A stretch of 64,000 bases of DNA, from NCBI GenBank assembly GCA_017654855.1, contig CM030337.1:4154001-4218000 (forward strand), given 5' to 3'. Of the stretch, positions 1-12,225 are shown piece after piece (positions within the stretch are counted from its first letter, which is position 1; the number at the start of each line of letters is the position of its first letter). A model generated the notes under the pieces. That model did no database searches, was not told the origin of the DNA, and saw only the letters and a list, made by a program, of their open reading frames with translations. Made by a program: the position numbers and the translations under genes. The DNA comes from Podospora anserina (Eukaryota).

Positions 1-1536
1 AATGATCCCTCCATCCCACTTGACAGTATGAATTCAAAAGGGTAAGGTGGTAGTGAAAAGGGAATGGAGGCACGTGGCGAGGCAGAGAGCATGAGAAGTA
101 GCTGTAAATGTGCCGCCCTTCGGGGGGGTTGCAGAAACCGGAGCCGATGGCGATTATCCGTGCCGAATCTCAGGGACCAGCTTCAGATTAAGCATAGGAA
201 ACGCCACAAGTGCTACACTGATCATCAGTGAGCAAAGTCCACTGATAATGCGCCGATGATGGCTAACGGGATGTATCTTGTACGTTTCTCAACTCTCTAT
301 CTCATAAAGATGTGATTCCCACGATATCTGTGGTAGAACTGTTTTTCACAAGGGAAAATGAGACACAAGCATTGCTTTCAAACGCAACAAGCCTGCTTTT
401 AAGCCTGTCATTCGTTTGGTGATTGTTGGCGAAAATCATCTCATCGACTCACCTAAACCTCCATCAATAGGTAAAGTACTCAACAGTAGATACCTACAAG
501 CCAAGTCACTCACAAGTTATTAGAGAAAGATATGACGATGGCTATCTACTTGACTTTCGTCCACACTTATAGCTGGGTGACCTTCTGAGAGATAATGCGG
601 GTTAGGGTTACCCCTGAGCCCCTATTCCGCCCTTTTATTTCCTCAAGAACCCCCACCCACCACACCGTGGTCACACCGTCCCCACCCCGCCCCATCTCAC
701 CGAACCCAGCAAACGCCCATCTCATAATTTTCGAAGAATCCCATTCCCTTCTGACAAACATCCTTATCATCGTTGGTCGTAAACCCCCAAAATGCCGTCA
801 TCTGCCTTTACAACCTCGAGAAGTGTCCTGCACCCGTGATTGGCTGCTTCGCCATCGCTCCTAAAAGCACGCCATACCCCTGTCGGTCATCTCGCCTGGA
901 CGTCTGGGTCATCCCCACAGCTGTGGTGAAACCTGTCCCGTCTTGTGGACGGGAGTTTCGACGTCTGGGTTTTGGGTTTTGAGGGATGAAAGAACATTCG
1001 GAGCTTTGCCGTTGGATTCTCCCGTCCAAGGATTCATCAGTATCCAAGCCAAGCGGTAGGGGTGGGAATGATAACTGGCGTATAGACACGCACACACACA
1101 CCGATGTTGGTTGGGTCTCCTCTTGGGGCGTTATTCCATTGAATGGGCACACATACGCACACACACTTCACCACCCGGTGGCAGAGAGATAACCCCCGCG
1201 GCGCGCCGTATCGGTCCCGCGCCCGCCGCTTGTCTCAAATTACGCCTTGGGATGGTTCCGATGAGATCAGGATCGGGCACCGGCATTACACCAGTCGATG
1301 ATGCAGATGACTGGGCAGAAGACTGGCACCAGCCTGGCGGTGGTGGTGGTGCCAATGGTGGTGCCAATGGTGTCAGTGAGGAGGCAGGTGGTGCTATAAG
1401 GTATGTGTGTACTTTTGTATCCCGCCTTCCCTTCTCATGGTGTTATCTTTCTTTTTTTCTTTTGGCTAGTTTTAGTTTTTGTTTTCATCAACCCAGTGGG
1501 ATGACTGGAATGTGAGTTTGAGACTTAACACACACA

Positions 1537-3625
1537 ATGCCGTTGAAGCAACAGTCGCTATACGCCACCTTTGGCACTTCATCCACCGGAGGCCAGAATA
1601 ATGATAATAACCGAGTCGAGCTAACGGCCGGGGCAAGACTGCGAGACTGGACAGCAAGGTCAAACACGGACGAGGACGATGATGCCAGATCACAATATGG
1701 CTCCGAGATTAGCAAAGAGGACGCAGATGTCACCACGGCCTTGATATTCACCGAGGGCGGCCCCCTCGGCGAGCCAGAGCCAAAAAGGGGACGGTTTTGG
1801 TTTTCACCCCCTGGAGGCAAGGGGGAGGAAACGGATCTTGATGCCATCGCCACGCAACGAAGTGTTTTTGACGACCCTGACCTGGCGGGACAATATCAAC
1901 CACAACCAGACTGGTATGCTGTTTCTGCCCGCTTACATATCCTCGTTTTCGGGCTGGTCCTGACAGTAATCATAGGGAAAACATCCATCGCTTCGACCCG
2001 TCAGCAAGATGGACATGGCGCGAGGAGCGAGCACTGATCCGCAAAGTCGACTTCAAAATCATGCTCTGGACCTGCCTCATGTTCTGCGCCCTGGAGATGG
2101 ACAGAGCCAACATTCGACAGGCTGTCACGGACGACCTGCTGCCTGAGCTTGGACTGACCACCAACGACTACAACCTCGGCAATTCGCTCTTTGCCTTTTC
2201 GTTTCTGTGTGCCGAGGTTCCATCGCAGTTGATCAGCAAGTACCTGGGTTGTGATATCTGGATACCGCTGCAGATGGTGCTCTGGTCGCTGGTGGCGTCA
2301 AGTCAGTTTACGTTGAGCGGAAGGTTTGGGTATCTGGCGTCGAGGGTGTTGTTGGGGATGCTCCAGGGAGGGTTTATACCGACTGTGGTGCTTTACCTGT
2401 CGTATTTTTACAAGGCGAACGAGCTGACGATACGGATGGGGTTCTTTTGGACATCGATGGTGTTTGCGGATATTTTTGCGGCGCTGTCAGCTTTTGGGTT
2501 GTTGCATATGCGTGGTGTTGGGGGATATTCGGGGTGGAGGTGGCTCTTTTTGATCGAGGTGAGTGTTGAGTCATGTGGAATTCCCCTACAACTAATTACC
2601 CGTACTGACTCTCGGGTCCAGGGAATGGTGACACTTGTCTTTGGAATCCTGTCCTTTGGTCTCATGCCGGCTGGCCCGACGCAGACTGCTGGTTGGCTCA
2701 GGGGTGAAAAGGGGTGGTTTACACCGAGGTATGTTCTTCCAGTAGATAATGGTCTCGAGATAACCGCTAACAAAAAAAAAAAAAAAAGGGAGGAAGTTAT
2801 CCTCGTTAATCGTATTATCCGTGACGACCCTTCTAAGGGAGGCATGCACAACCGGGAACCAGTATCCCCAAGGCTCCTCCTGAAGAGTCTGCTTGATTTT
2901 GACTTGTGGCCGATATATCTGATTGGTCTCTTCAATCATGTACCCTATGCCACGCCAACCAGCTATCTGACGTTGTCGCTCAAAGGGATGGGGTTCTCGA
3001 CATTCCAAACGAATCTGCTGGTGATTCCGTCGCAGGTGCTCCATAGTAGGTCTAGAAGGACTTTGACGGTGATTGGAACATTGTGCTAACAGAGTTGACA
3101 GTCGTAAACATGATAATCCTGACCTATGTCAGTGAATTCACTGGTCAAATGTCACTGATTGCCATCATACCTCAGTTTTGGGCAATCCCCTTCCTGGTCT
3201 TTTTACGGTTCGTAGACACCACCACAGTGTCCAAATGGACGGTCTGGTTGGTCATGACCTTCTTCCTGGGATCACCATATTCGCACCCCATCCAGGTCGG
3301 ATGGATCTCTCGCAATTCCAACACAGTCCGCAGTCGTGCTGTGGGCAGTGCTGTGTACAACATGTGCGTCCAGGGCGGCAGTATTATCGGGGCTAATATC
3401 TACCGCGAAGACGATGCGCCACACTACACTCGCGGCAACACGGTACTGCTGTCGATACTGGCCTTCAATATCGTTCTCTATTTATCAACCAAGGCATACT
3501 ATGTATGGCGGAACCGAAGCCGAGAGGAGGTCTGGAATGCCATGTCAGAGAGTGAGCGGGAGAAGTACCTGGCAGAAAACTGGGATGCCGGAAACAAGCG
3601 GTTAGATTTCAGATTTGCATCTTAA
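1537..3625 (+). CDS. MFS transporter, allantoate/anion:cation symporter (Dal5-like) family; 5 exons
   Basis: ORFs 1537, 2061 and 3083 join through GT-AG introns at about 1914-1975, 2559-2621, 2729-2788 and 3046-3101. Family motifs: W(T)WREERALIRKVDFKI, DRANI, GWRWLFLIEG, IYREDDAPHYTRGN, GNKRLDFRF. Confidence 0.92.
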
Positions 3626-3946
3626 GCAGACACTGCCCATGGCTTTTTCATCAATCAACCAATTGAGGAACTGGAATGTGACAGAGATGCATGTGGGGGA
3701 CTCCCTGGAGTGTGTGTGAGCCTGGCCTGACGAGGCGGTGCCATGGCGGGGTATATTTACCGGACAACAAGAGGGGTGTGGCTCTATCACCTCGCTGTTC
3801 ATAAATACCTGTAAATTTCCCCACGTTTTTATTTGCCCCTTCTCTCTTTCTTTCTGTCATCAAACACACGCCCTGGGGAAACCCACCCATTAATCACTCC
3901 CACATCGCCGTCGGCCTCGCTCGAGAGGCCACCACATACTGCAAGA

Positions 3947-4021
3947 ATGGCAGCAGCAGCATCAGCAGCAGCTGCCAGTATCCGTCTCTCCGCCATTTAC
4001 TTCCAGCCCCAGTTCCAATGA
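3947..4021 (+). other. AUG-initiated upstream ORF (MAAAASAAAASIRLSAIYFQPQFQ*) overlapping the bZIP reading frame
   Basis: ATG at 3947 in strong context (agaATGg), 24 codons, TGA at 4019-4021. The bZIP ORF is in the +1 frame relative to it. Confidence 0.75.
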
Positions 4022-4697
4022 TCAAGGTCTCCTGCACTTTTTGGACCCGAGCCAAGACTTTGATCATCTGTTGTGGAACGGCTCTTTTGACACGACCTCG
4101 CAACAACTTGCTCTCGACTGTCCCCTTTTTGATATTCAATACCCACTTCCATTCCCTACCCTTCCAGTTCCCGACTTTGATATTGGAATACCCTCTTTCG
4201 GCCTGGGTGAATCAAGCGCTGCTCCCGTCACAACAACAGCGGCAACGGCAAACCTATCTCTGTTAACTCCGACGCCAACAATCATCACATCGTTCGAGTC
4301 TTGCCAGTCACCATCATCCTCTACCTCACCCACCTCCACAAGCACGCCTGTCTCTGCCTCGGGCAATTTGGTCCCCGGGTTGAAGCTCCCTTCCTCCATT
4401 TCTGTTACACTTACCGGCAAGCCGAAAGGAAAGTCAGGGCGGAAGCCAACCAAGAAACGTCCTCTGCCTGAAGAAGAGGATGATGAAGACGAAGAGGTGC
4501 TCGTGAAGAGGGCGAGGAACAATCTGGCTGCCAAGCGCTACAGGCAGAAAAAGGTTGACCGCATTGAGGAGTTGGAGGATGAGGTGAAGGAGGTGAAGAA
4601 GGAGAGGGATGACCTCCGCGTGGAATTGGCGAGGAGGGAGGCCGAGGTGAAGGCTCTAAGGGAGATGCTGGCAATGACAACGGGGAAGAAGGATTAG
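3972..4697 (+). CDS. idi-4: bZIP transcription factor, JlbA/IDI-4 (Gcn4/Jun-like) type; start codon uncertain (no in-frame AUG before the bZIP)
   Basis: C-terminal basic region and zipper KRARNNLAAKRYRQKKVDRIEELEDEVKEVKKERDDLRVEL. The frame is open from 3894 with only CTG (3939, 3972, 4032) or TTG (4041) as candidate starts. The symbol is from recalled similarity to Podospora IDI-4/Aspergillus JlbA and was not searched. Confidence 0.8.
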   Translation: MPVSVSPPFTSSPSSNDQGLLHFLDPSQDFDHLLWNGSFDTTSQQLALDCPLFDIQYPLPFPTLPVPDFDIGIPSFGLGESSAAPVTTTAATANLSLLTPTPTIITSFESCQSPSSSTSPTSTSTPVSASGNLVPGLKLPSSISVTLTGKPKGKSGRKPTKKRPLPEEEDDEDEEVLVKRARNNLAAKRYRQKKVDRIEELEDEVKEVKKERDDLRVELARREAEVKALREMLAMTTGKKD

Positions 4698-5701
4698 GTA
4701 GGATTGATAGCTAGTTGATAGAGAACAAAATGAAACCATACTTGTGATACATATCAGCATTCCGCACTGGTTTCAATGGCATTGTCATTTAGTTACACTG
4801 ATTGAATCGTGACCTCCATGATGCCGTCTTTTTGTCCTGATAAGAGTGATTGGTGGTGTGCTGGTGGTCCGAGTGTCTGTCTGACCAAAGATGCGAGGCC
4901 CCATGCTAAGTCAGCACACTCCCACCGTGAAAATAAACATGATTTCATTTTTGATCAGTCCTGTACTAGCCAATCAAATTGTTGGAATATTTAACGACGG
5001 TGGTCTTGGCAATGATTTTGACGGTGGAGCAGATCCATCTGCCGGGGAGCCTTTCTAGAAAATACCAAAGGCTACACCCGACGCCGTGGACAAAGATGAC
5101 GATTACAAATTGCGACGCTGAGTGGACGGGCGTATTGGGCACGGAGTCACTGCGCCGAGAGATACGAAGCCAAGGCAGAGACAAGTGCGACTAAAAGACA
5201 TGGAAGAGGCAGTGACAGCTTTGGAACGCGCGCACGAACATCCCTCCGCTTTTAAAAGAAGAATTGGGTCCTGCTGTGGTTGGATTTCTAAGCACGGAGC
5301 ATCCATACCTAGGGGCACAGCTCCAAGCACCCAACCGGTCCGGGCGGCAGCAGCAGGGTCTTTATGAGCAAATGAACGGGGAGAAAATGCAAGGGCGCGG
5401 GGGAGAACGGATTTATAATGGCCTGCTCTGTCCTCTTTGTCACTTGGCGGCCGCTAACTCCACGGCGTTTGCGGACAACAAGCGTACTCCATCGTACCCG
5501 TTATGCCGTTCAGACCGGAGTTTGCATTCAAAGGCGGTGGGAGTGGACCGTGTAGACGTGCAGATCGCTACCCAGACCATACCGTCCAGGCGGTTTTAAC
5601 GCTGCTTTAACGTGTTAAACCTTCTTTTGAGCAGCAAAGCATCTTACGAATCACTGGTCGGCGGTGACTGGGGCTGTTGACAAGGGGGGTGGTTGCTTCC
5701 G

Positions 5702-5710
5702 ATGATTCAT
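5702..5710. promoter_or_regulatory. ATGATTCAT pseudopalindrome (ATGANTCAT bZIP-type site) upstream of the ABC transporter
   Basis: Exact motif about 340 bp upstream of ATG 6048; single occurrence here, function inferred. Confidence 0.3.
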
Positions 5711-6047
5711 GCCCCGTCACTCTTATCTCCATTCTGGAGTCGGAATCTTTCATCAGGGTGCTGCTTACAATTCTGCTGTGTGGGGTGGCTGTTTGTATAT
5801 GAGGTCTGGTAGACGCGCGACTTTTCACCTCATGATTTTTGATAGAGCTGCGAATCAACCCTACCAGGCTCTTTCCAGTTTGCAAACCATATCCCCCGGC
5901 CGCTCCTGCCGCTTCTCGGCACCGGTGAGCTGCACCTTTGATTGAGTTGACCGCGACTTCCAACGTCACTCTCTCTCTCTCTGCCTGCTGCTCACAGTCC
6001 CACAACTTGAGAATCAAAACACTGCATTTTCACAAAAACCAACCAGA

Positions 6048-9000
6048 ATGTGGGGGCAACAAACGCCCGAGGAGGCTTTCCGCCGGGGAGCCTCTGAAGC
6101 CCTTCCCGACTCACTCCATCATCGAGATCCAACCCAGCCAATCAGCGAAGAAGAAGCTGACATCGACTCTGGCGACACCACCAAGATCCCACCAAGTCCT
6201 GAGGCCTTGTCCACAGCCGACGAAGGCCTTTGGGGAGAGCGAGATGTCGGCGGCCCAGTGAGCCAACGGATGGCCATGCAGGACTTTCAAGAGCTTCAAC
6301 GCGAGCTCACCAAGATGACCACGAGGCGGTCACGGTCCCAGTCCCGGTCCCGGGCGCGATCACAACCACGATCAAGGTCGGCCTCGAAAGCTTCCCGGAA
6401 ATCGGATAGCAGGCGCGATAATGTCTTTCGCCGCATCGCTTCCCGGGCCAGTGGAAAATCAAAGCGGCCGAAAGACGAACAAGATCCTGAACAGCAGGCC
6501 GCCGACGATGCTAGCAGCTCGGACGAGTCCTCGGATGACGGCAGCCAGTTTCAATTGGAGCAGTTTATGCGCGACGGCCACCTTGAGAAGCGCACGGATT
6601 CTGGCGAGTCGAGCAAGAAGGTCGGCGTGGTGTTCAAGAACGTCACCGTCAAGGGTGTCGGCGGCGGCACTGTGTTTGTCAAGACACTTCCCCAGGCTAT
6701 CCTCGGCACATTTGGTCCCGATCTGTACGGCATTCTCTGCAGATTTGTCCCAGCACTTCGTTTCGGACGTCAGCAAGGCGGGCTTCGTACCCTTCTCAAC
6801 GACTTCACTGGTGTCGTACGGCATGGAGAGATGATGCTGGTGCTGGGTCGGCCGGGGAGTGGCTGCAGCACTTTTCTCCGCGTCATTGCCAACAATAGGG
6901 GCGGGTATGCCGCCGTCGAGGGCGAGGTTTCCTACAGCGGCATCTCTGCCAAGGAAGTTGCAAAGCGCTATCGCGGTGAGGTGGTCTACAACGGTGAAGA
7001 CGACCAGCACATGCCTACCTTGACCGTGGGGCAGACACTCCAGTTTTCGCTGCTCAACAAGACCAAGAAGCACCTCAGGGACAATGTGGACTTTATAATC
7101 GACTCGTTGTTGCGCATGTTTGCTATCCAACACACAAAAAACACCATTGTTGGGAATGCCTATACACGTGGTGTTTCCGGGGGTGAGAGAAAACGAGTTT
7201 CCATCGCCGAGGCCCTGGCCACCAAGAGCACCATCGTCTGCTGGGACAATTCGACAAGAGGTCTCGATGCATCCACCGCTCTGGATTACGCCAAATCGCT
7301 GCGTGTCATGACCGATGTATCGGATCGAACAACCATCACCACCCTCTATCAGGCCGGAGAAGGCATTTATGAGTTGATGGACAAGGTCCTGGTCATCGAT
7401 GAAGGGCGCATGCTCTATCAGGGCCCTGCCAACGAGGCCAGGCAGTACTTCATCGACCTTGGTTTCCACGCACCACCACGCCAAACTACTGCCGACTTTC
7501 TCACCTCCATCTGTGACCCAGTCACCCGACAGTTCCGCCCCGGCTACGAAGACAAGTGCCCCAAAACTGCCGAGGAGCTTGAGACAGCATTCAGAAACAG
7601 CGAGGCATACAGGAAGGTCCTTGCTGATGTGGAGCAATTTGAGAGGCATCTGCAACAAACCAAGCATGCCGATACTCAGAGGTTCCAGGAAGCCGTCGAG
7701 GAGCAAAAGTCTCGCCGTGTTGCCTCGGACTCGAACTACACTGTCAGCTTCTGGAAGCAAGTCCTCGCCTGCTCCCGCCGCGAACTCTGGCTCTTGTGGG
7801 GCAACAAGACGGAAATGTACACCAAATATTTCACCATCATCAGCAACGGCTTCATTGTTGGCTCTCTCTTCTACGACACTCCGGACAACACGGCCGGCAC
7901 CTTCCTGCGTGCCGGTGCTGCCTTCTTCTCCATTGTCTTTCTCGGATGGCTTCAGCTCGCTGAGCTCATGAAAGCCGTCTCTGGTCGTGTTGTTGTGGCT
8001 CGGCACAAGGAATATGCCTTCTATCGTCCGTCTGCTGTCAACCTTGCCCGCGCTCTCGTCGATCTCCCGGTCTTGATCTTCCAGGTTGTCATCTTTGGTC
8101 TGATCATGTACTTCATGACTGGTTTGGACTTGACACCGGCCAAGTTCTTCATCAGTCTCTTATTCATCTATACGACCACCTTTTGCATCACGGCTCTGTA
8201 CCGCATGTTTGCGTCCCTGTCACCAACAATCGACGATGCCGTTCGTTTCAGCGGACTTGCGCTCAACTTGCTGGTCATCTTTACCGGTTACGTGATCTAC
8301 AAGCCTATCTTGGTGTCACAAAAGATCTGGTTCGGTTGGCTCTTTTACGTGAATCCGGTAAGCAGATCTCCCTCCTTCCTTCGACATCGTCCAACAGCTG
8401 CTAACAAGAGACAGCTTGCATATGCCTTTGAAGCCGCTCTGACCAATGAGTTTTCTGGCCGGATCATGGAATGTGCCCCTGCGCATCTTGTGCCTCAGGG
8501 GCCGGGTATTCTACCAGCGAACCAGGGATGTGCAATTCCAGGCTCGGTCGCAGGGAGTACTGATGTCTCCGGAACGGCATATCTCGACAGCCAGTTCAAC
8601 TACACCCGGGATCACCTGTGGCGCAACTTTGGTGTTCTCATAGCCTTCTCTGTGCTTTATCTCATGGTCACAGTGGCCGCCACGGAGCTCTTGACATTTG
8701 TCGGATCGGGCGGCGGCGCCCTCGTCTTCAAGCGTTCCAGCAAGGCAGCCAAGCGAGCCAAACTCGCTGCGAAGCCGACCGACATGGAGAAGGGCAATGC
8801 GACCGGAGCATCATCCACCACCGACGTTGGCTATCAGAATCGCTCGGAAAAGACAGAACTGACTGGTCTGACCGGAAGCGACAAGGTCTTTACCTGGGAG
8901 AATGTCTCGTACACTGTTCCGACCCCTCAAGGACCCAAGAAGCTTCTCAACGGAGTCAGCGGTTACGCGAAACCGGGAGTCATGGTTGCCCTCATGGGAG

Positions 9001-10917
9001 CCAGCGGTGCTGGCAAGACGACGCTGCTCAACACCTTGTCCCAACGCCAAACGGTCGGCGTGGTTTCTGGCGACATGCTGGTTGACGGTAAACCGCTGAC
9101 CGGAGATTTTCAACGCGGCACTGGCTTCGTCGAACAAATGGATCTTCACGACGAGACCGCCACCATTCGGGAGGCTCTTGAGTTCTCTGCGCTCCTTCGC
9201 CAGAGCCGTGACACGCCAAAGCACGAGAAGCTGGCCTATGTCGACACTGTTCTGGACTTGCTCGAGTTGACGGACGTTCAGGATGCCATTATTGCGTCTC
9301 TGGGCGTGGAGCAAAAGAAGAGACTGACTATTGGCGTGGAACTAGCGGCCCGGCCTTCGCTTCTGCTCTTTCTCGACGAACCGACCAGTGGTCTTGATGC
9401 CCAGTCCGCTTTCTCTATTGTGCGCTTTCTTCGCAAGCTCTGCGTTGCTGGACAGGCCATCGTGTGCACTATTCATCAGCCCTCGTCTGACCTGATCCAG
9501 GAGTTTGATGAGATCCTGGCCTTGAACCCCGGCGGCAACACCATTTACTTTGGTCCTGTTGGAGAGAACGGTAGCGCAGTGGTCAAGTACTTTGCCGACC
9601 GAGGCGTCCAGTGTCCTCCCGGCAGAAACGTCGCCGAGTTCCTCCTCGAGACGGCCATCAAGGGTGGAAGACGCCCCGACGGCAAGCGAATTCACTGGAC
9701 TCAGGAATGGCGCGAGTCCAAGGAGAACCGAGACTTGCTGGCCGAGATTCAGCGGCTCAAGGATGAGCGCAGCAAGGCCAACAAGGAATCGACTGTTGTC
9801 CAGCCGGCATTGCAATCGTTTGCTGCTCCCACCTGGACGCAAATCATCCTTCTGACCAAGCGCATGTTTGTTCACCAATGGCGTCAGCCATCTTACCTCT
9901 ACGGGCGGCTGTTCACTGCTGTTATTGTCGGCATCTTCAATGGCTTCACCTTTTGGAAGCTGGGCAACACGGTGGCTGACATGCAGAACCGCATGTTTAC
10001 GTGCTTCCTCATCATCATGATCCCTGCCACCGTCCTCAATGCCGTCTTGCCAAAGTTTTACACCAACCGCATGCTCTGGGAGGCACGCGAGCACCCATCG
10101 CGCATCTATGGCTGGGTTGCCTTTTGCACAGCCGAGGTCTTGTCCGAGATCCCAGGCAGTATTCTGGCGGCCGTGCTGTACTTTTTGCTGTGGTACTTCC
10201 CCACTGGTTTGCCGACTGAGGCGTCAGTTGCGGGTTACGTCTTCTTGATGACGCTGCTCTTCTTCCTGTTCATGGCCAGCTGGGGTCAGTGGATTTGCGC
10301 GTGGGCGCCCAACTTTACCGTCATCAGCAACATCCTGCCGTTCTTTTTGGTCACCTTTTCCATCTTCAACGGTGTTGTGGTTCCTTATGACCAGCTGAAT
10401 GTGTTTTGGAGATATTGGATCTACTATGTGAACCCATCGACGTGGTGGGTCAGAGGCGTTCTCGCGGCCACGTTGAATGGTCAGAGTGTGCAGTGTGCTC
10501 CCAATGAGGCCGCCTACTTTGATCCCCCATCAGGACAGACGTGTTTGGAGTTTGCGGGCGACTTTGCGAGGCAGGCTGGTCAGGGGTATCTGCTCAACCC
10601 CAACGACACGGCAGACTGCGGGTTTTGCCCGTACTCGAGCGGGAACCAGTACTTGAACACGTTGGGGATCACTCCGGATGAGAAGTGGAGGGACTTTGGC
10701 ATCTTTTTGGTGTTTTGCTTTACCAACTGGATGTAAGTTTTGGCCTCGGTTCTTGATTGCATGACACGGCTGCTAACATGTTTATTATCCACCCAGGCTG
10801 GTCTACTTCTTCATCTGGACCGTCCGAGTCAAGGGTATGACATTCGGCTTTGGGCCGCTGTTTGACGTACTCGGCAAAGGTGTCGGGGCGGTCAAGGGGC
10901 TCTTCAAGAGAAAATAG
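6048..10917 (+). CDS. Full-size PDR/ABCG multidrug ABC transporter (NBD-TMD)2
   Basis: NBD1 GRPGSGCST, VSGGERKRVSIAE, CWDNSTRGLD; NBD2 GASGAGKTT, LGVEQKKRLTIGVEL, LFLDEPTSGLD. Introns at 8358-8414 and 10733-10796; the last exon ends ...GLFKRK* at TAG 10915-10917. Confidence 0.97.
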
Positions 10918-11282
10918 AGGAAAGAGAATCTGGTTCGATGGGATAGAACTCGGTTGGGTTTAGATAAGACACACGGGGCATTTGATACCACGGGATTTCG
11001 GCTTGCTGTTTGTCACACATACGAGATATAATAATGGATGAAGGGATAGAATGAGTGCGAGGTAGATAGATATAGAAATAACAGTCTTTGATCGCTCAAT
11101 CCTGGAGGTTTGTTTTCTTTGGCGCGCGCATTCAGGGGTAACCAACCGTTGCCACCGCCATCATCTCCACCCTCCAGCCACAAAACCCTCATCCCCACCA
11201 CCACTTGCCCTATTACCCACTTCCCACCAGCCCACCCTCCATGAATCTTCCTTCCCAGCCGCTTTCTCAACAAAACAAAGCC

Positions 11283-11370
11283 GGGCGTGTGGTCTAGTGG
11301 TATGATTTCTGTTTCGCACCTTTGTCTGCGATCTTACAGAAGGTCCCGCGTTCAATTCGCGGTACGTCCA
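11283..11370 (+). tRNA. tRNA-Ala(CGC), intron-containing
   Basis: Acceptor GGGCGTG/TACGTCC with G3:U70, anticodon stem TCTGT/ACAGA, loop TT-CGC-A, intron about 11319-11334, T arm CCGCG-TTCAATT-CGCGG. Confidence 0.88.
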
Positions 11371-11444
11371 GGTCTCTCACACACCTCATCCTCCAACAAA
11401 CCTACGACAGGTGCACAAACATCTGTTGATAAATTGTTCGTTTA

Positions 11445-11524
11445 TCTTCCGTAGTATAGTGGTCAGTATGTGAGCTTGTCATTGGTCAACGCTCGAGACC
11501 CGGGTTCAATTCCCGGCGGGAGAG
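11445..11524 (+). tRNA. tRNA-Asp(GTC), short intron
   Basis: Acceptor TCTTCCG/CGGGAGA, D arm GTATAGTGGTCAGTAT, anticodon TT-GTC-A, T arm CCGGG-TTCAATT-CCCGG. Confidence 0.9.
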
Positions 11525-11649
11525 GCTCTACAGAAGAAGGGGGTTGTGTGGGTGCTCTTTTTTATTTCTTGGCTTTTTGTCTCCTGTTTTGGGAGGTTTT
11601 GTTTGGGTATTGAGTTGAGAAGGGTGACATAGAAGGGGGGAGAGAAAAA

Positions 11650-12225
11650 TCAGGCATGACTCCAAGGCAGCACCTCCGTCTTTTTATCCCCCCCTACATC
11701 AACCGCCTCGGCACCAACAAGAAAGAATACCACTCTCGCCCAGACGGTATCGCTCTTGTTTTCCCAAGCATGCATCGTCCCTCGTTGCACGACCACATCA
11801 CCCTTTTTGAGCCTTCTCTTCTCCCCGCCGTCCAGAGTCAGCTCCATCTCTCCTTCGATAACCACCCCAAAGTCGATTGTTTCTGTCCTGTGAAACTGGA
11901 TTGCCTGCCCTGGTCCCCAGTCGCAGTACCGCACGAGCGTTTCCCCTGGTGCTTTTGGGAACCAGAGCGTGCCTGGACTTGGCTGGAGGGGGTGAGCCTG
12001 GAGACGGTTAATGTCATCTTCAGTGGACATGTTGACGGGGGTGGTGAAGGTTTTGTAGAGGTCGTGGACAACCATGCCTACTGAGCCGTACGGGGTTGGG
12101 GAGGAGGGGAGGAGGGAGGGAGGGGCGAAGATGGAGAGGCCGGTGGTGGGGGAGTGCGTTGTCACATGGCGGGTAAGGGAGCCGAGGGGGTTGTAGATGG
12201 GTTGGTCTCTTTCTGAGGAGGACAT
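11650..12225 (-). CDS. Cupin-2 domain protein
   Basis: Likely start MSSSERDQ at 12225. Motifs LTRHVTTHSP and FHRTETIDFGVVIEGEMELTLDGGEKRRLKKGDVVVQRGTMHAWEN. Confidence 0.9.
   Translation of the reverse strand: MSSSERDQPIYNPLGSLTRHVTTHSPTTGLSIFAPPSLLPSSPTPYGSVGMVVHDLYKTFTTPVNMSTEDDINRLQAHPLQPSPGTLWFPKAPGETLVRYCDWGPGQAIQFHRTETIDFGVVIEGEMELTLDGGEKRRLKKGDVVVQRGTMHAWENKSDTVWARVVFFLVGAEAVDVGGDKKTEVLPWSHA

Noticed and set aside
3978-4026. Possible 49-nt intron that would fuse ATG 3947 to the bZIP frame
   Set aside because: Weak donor (GTATCC), no CTRAC branch site and shorter than the other introns here. Not called, but kept as the main alternative to the recoding hypothesis.
6459-8006. 515-aa antisense ORF inside the ABC transporter (also 9342-10094)
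   Set aside because: Shadow ORF produced by codon bias of the sense gene; no recognisable motifs.
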